Assembly: GCA_903861145.1 (NCBI GenBank)
Contig: CAIOTH010000042.1
Coordinates: 98,236 to 162,235 of the forward strand
Source: an uncultured Bacteroidota bacterium
GTDB taxonomy: Bacteria > Bacteroidota > Bacteroidia > Chitinophagales > LD1
DNA: 64,000 nt
Reading direction: 5' to 3'
The stretch's first letter is position 1; every line of letters begins with the position of its first letter. The notes beneath the pieces are model-generated. The model saw only the letters and a list, made by a program, of their open reading frames with translations. It was not told the origin of the DNA and made no database searches. The position numbers and the translations under genes are program-made. Below, one piece after another: positions 63,406 through 64,000 of this stretch.

Positions 63406-64000
63406 TTATAAACGCACCATCATGGCAAAAATAAATCTGTTTTCCGCCTTAACCAGGTCTGGAGTCCAACCGCCTGTAATTGGCGTACCATCATAACCGT
63501 TAGGTGATGTTACTCCACCCGGGCCAGCAAAATATGGTTGCTGACATTGGCGATGTATGAACTGCGCAGTGAAAGTTATAAAATCGTTAGGCATCCAACT
63601 TAAACTGGTAGAAAGGTCCCATGCATCAAACGGATCACCGGGGTTAGCCGAAAAAGGATGGGTACCAATGGTTTGACCGGTAGCCGGATTGATATTCGGG
63701 TCGGCATCGCCACCAGGGTAAAGTACCAAATAACGGCCGGGGTTATGCATCATACCGCCACCAACGCACCATGATAAATGGTCTTTGATAAACCACATGT
63801 TGTTATAGGCCATCCAACAAAGGAAGTTTGATTGTGGACCATTGGCAAGGCCAGCGCCAAATCCGCCAAATCCACCGCCTTCTTGTAAGCCCAAGTCGGC
63901 CGTAACAGAGAACGCAGCCTTGCTGAACCCAGCACCGGGCTTGTTATAATACCTTAGCAGGAAGCTATTATCGCTGTGAAAACGGAAGCATTTAGTATTG
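63406..64000 (-). CDS. putative outer-membrane beta-barrel/porin protein, C-terminal part (5' end outside window)
   Basis: The reading frame stays open from 63894 to base 64000 (translated by eye: ...NTKCFRFHSDNSFLLRYYNKPGAGFSKAAFSVTADLGLQEGGGF...). The track start at 63894 is an internal TTG. Gly/aromatic-rich beta pattern. Confidence 0.6.
   Translation of the reverse strand, partial: NTKCFRFHSDNSFLLRYYNKPGAGFSKAAFSVTADLGLQEGGGFGGFGAGLANGPQSNFLCWMAYNNMWFIKDHLSWCVGGGMMHNPGRYLVLYPGGDADPNINPATGQTIGTHPFSANPGDPFDAWDLSTSLSWMPNDFITFTAQFIHRQCQQPYFAGPGGVTSPNGYDGTPITGGWTPDLVKAENRFIFAMMVRL

Overview
This 64-kb window looks like chromosomal core and cell-envelope genome of a Bacteroidota organism, probably Sphingobacteriaceae (Mucilaginibacter/Pedobacter-like). 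That placement is an inference from three things: T9SS type A and type B C-terminal sorting domains, TAnnTTTG -7 promoter boxes, and a split KdpD sensor. I support about 57 protein genes.

Recognisable housekeeping genes:
- ltaE, rlmH, yidC, ahcY, pdxJ, plsC, folD, queE, proC, cysQ
- a DAHP synthase, a purM-like gene and an amn-like gene

Other content:
- A polysaccharide/dTDP-rhamnose locus at 47.9-54.1 kb (rfbB, rfbC, rfbD, TviB/TviC-like genes, a WbpD-like acetyltransferase and a CpsB-like phosphatase).
- Two T9SS cargo proteins. One is a 1585-aa adhesin-like protein with seven tandem Cys-containing modules.
- A PG1058-like OmpA/TPR/beta-propeller protein.
- The sensor end of a kdp locus, with two porin-like genes.

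I saw no rRNA, tRNA, CRISPR array, transposase, integrase, phage gene or recognisable defence system.

The most system-like unexplained content is at 22.9-32.1 kb. It holds a translationally coupled operon of five genes: a GT2 polyprenyl-phosphate sugar synthase, DUF2304, an orphan protein, a GMC flavoenzyme and a ceramidase-like 7-TM hydrolase. This operon is flanked by an SDR, a GT-C glycosyltransferase fused to TPR repeats (an architecture like eukaryotic TMTC), a methyltransferase and a second GT2. I read this as a candidate undescribed lipid-carrier sugar modification pathway; that reading is inference, not demonstrated.

Other non-coding signals:
- a roughly 198-nt structured RNA candidate at 16685-16882
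- a two-copy MITE-like inverted-repeat element at 8309-8553 and 39156-39303
- a G9 tract inside the polysaccharide locus
- a 510-bp intergenic region with reiterated GTATAC boxes upstream of ahcY

All protein family calls come from motifs read by eye. No database search was run.
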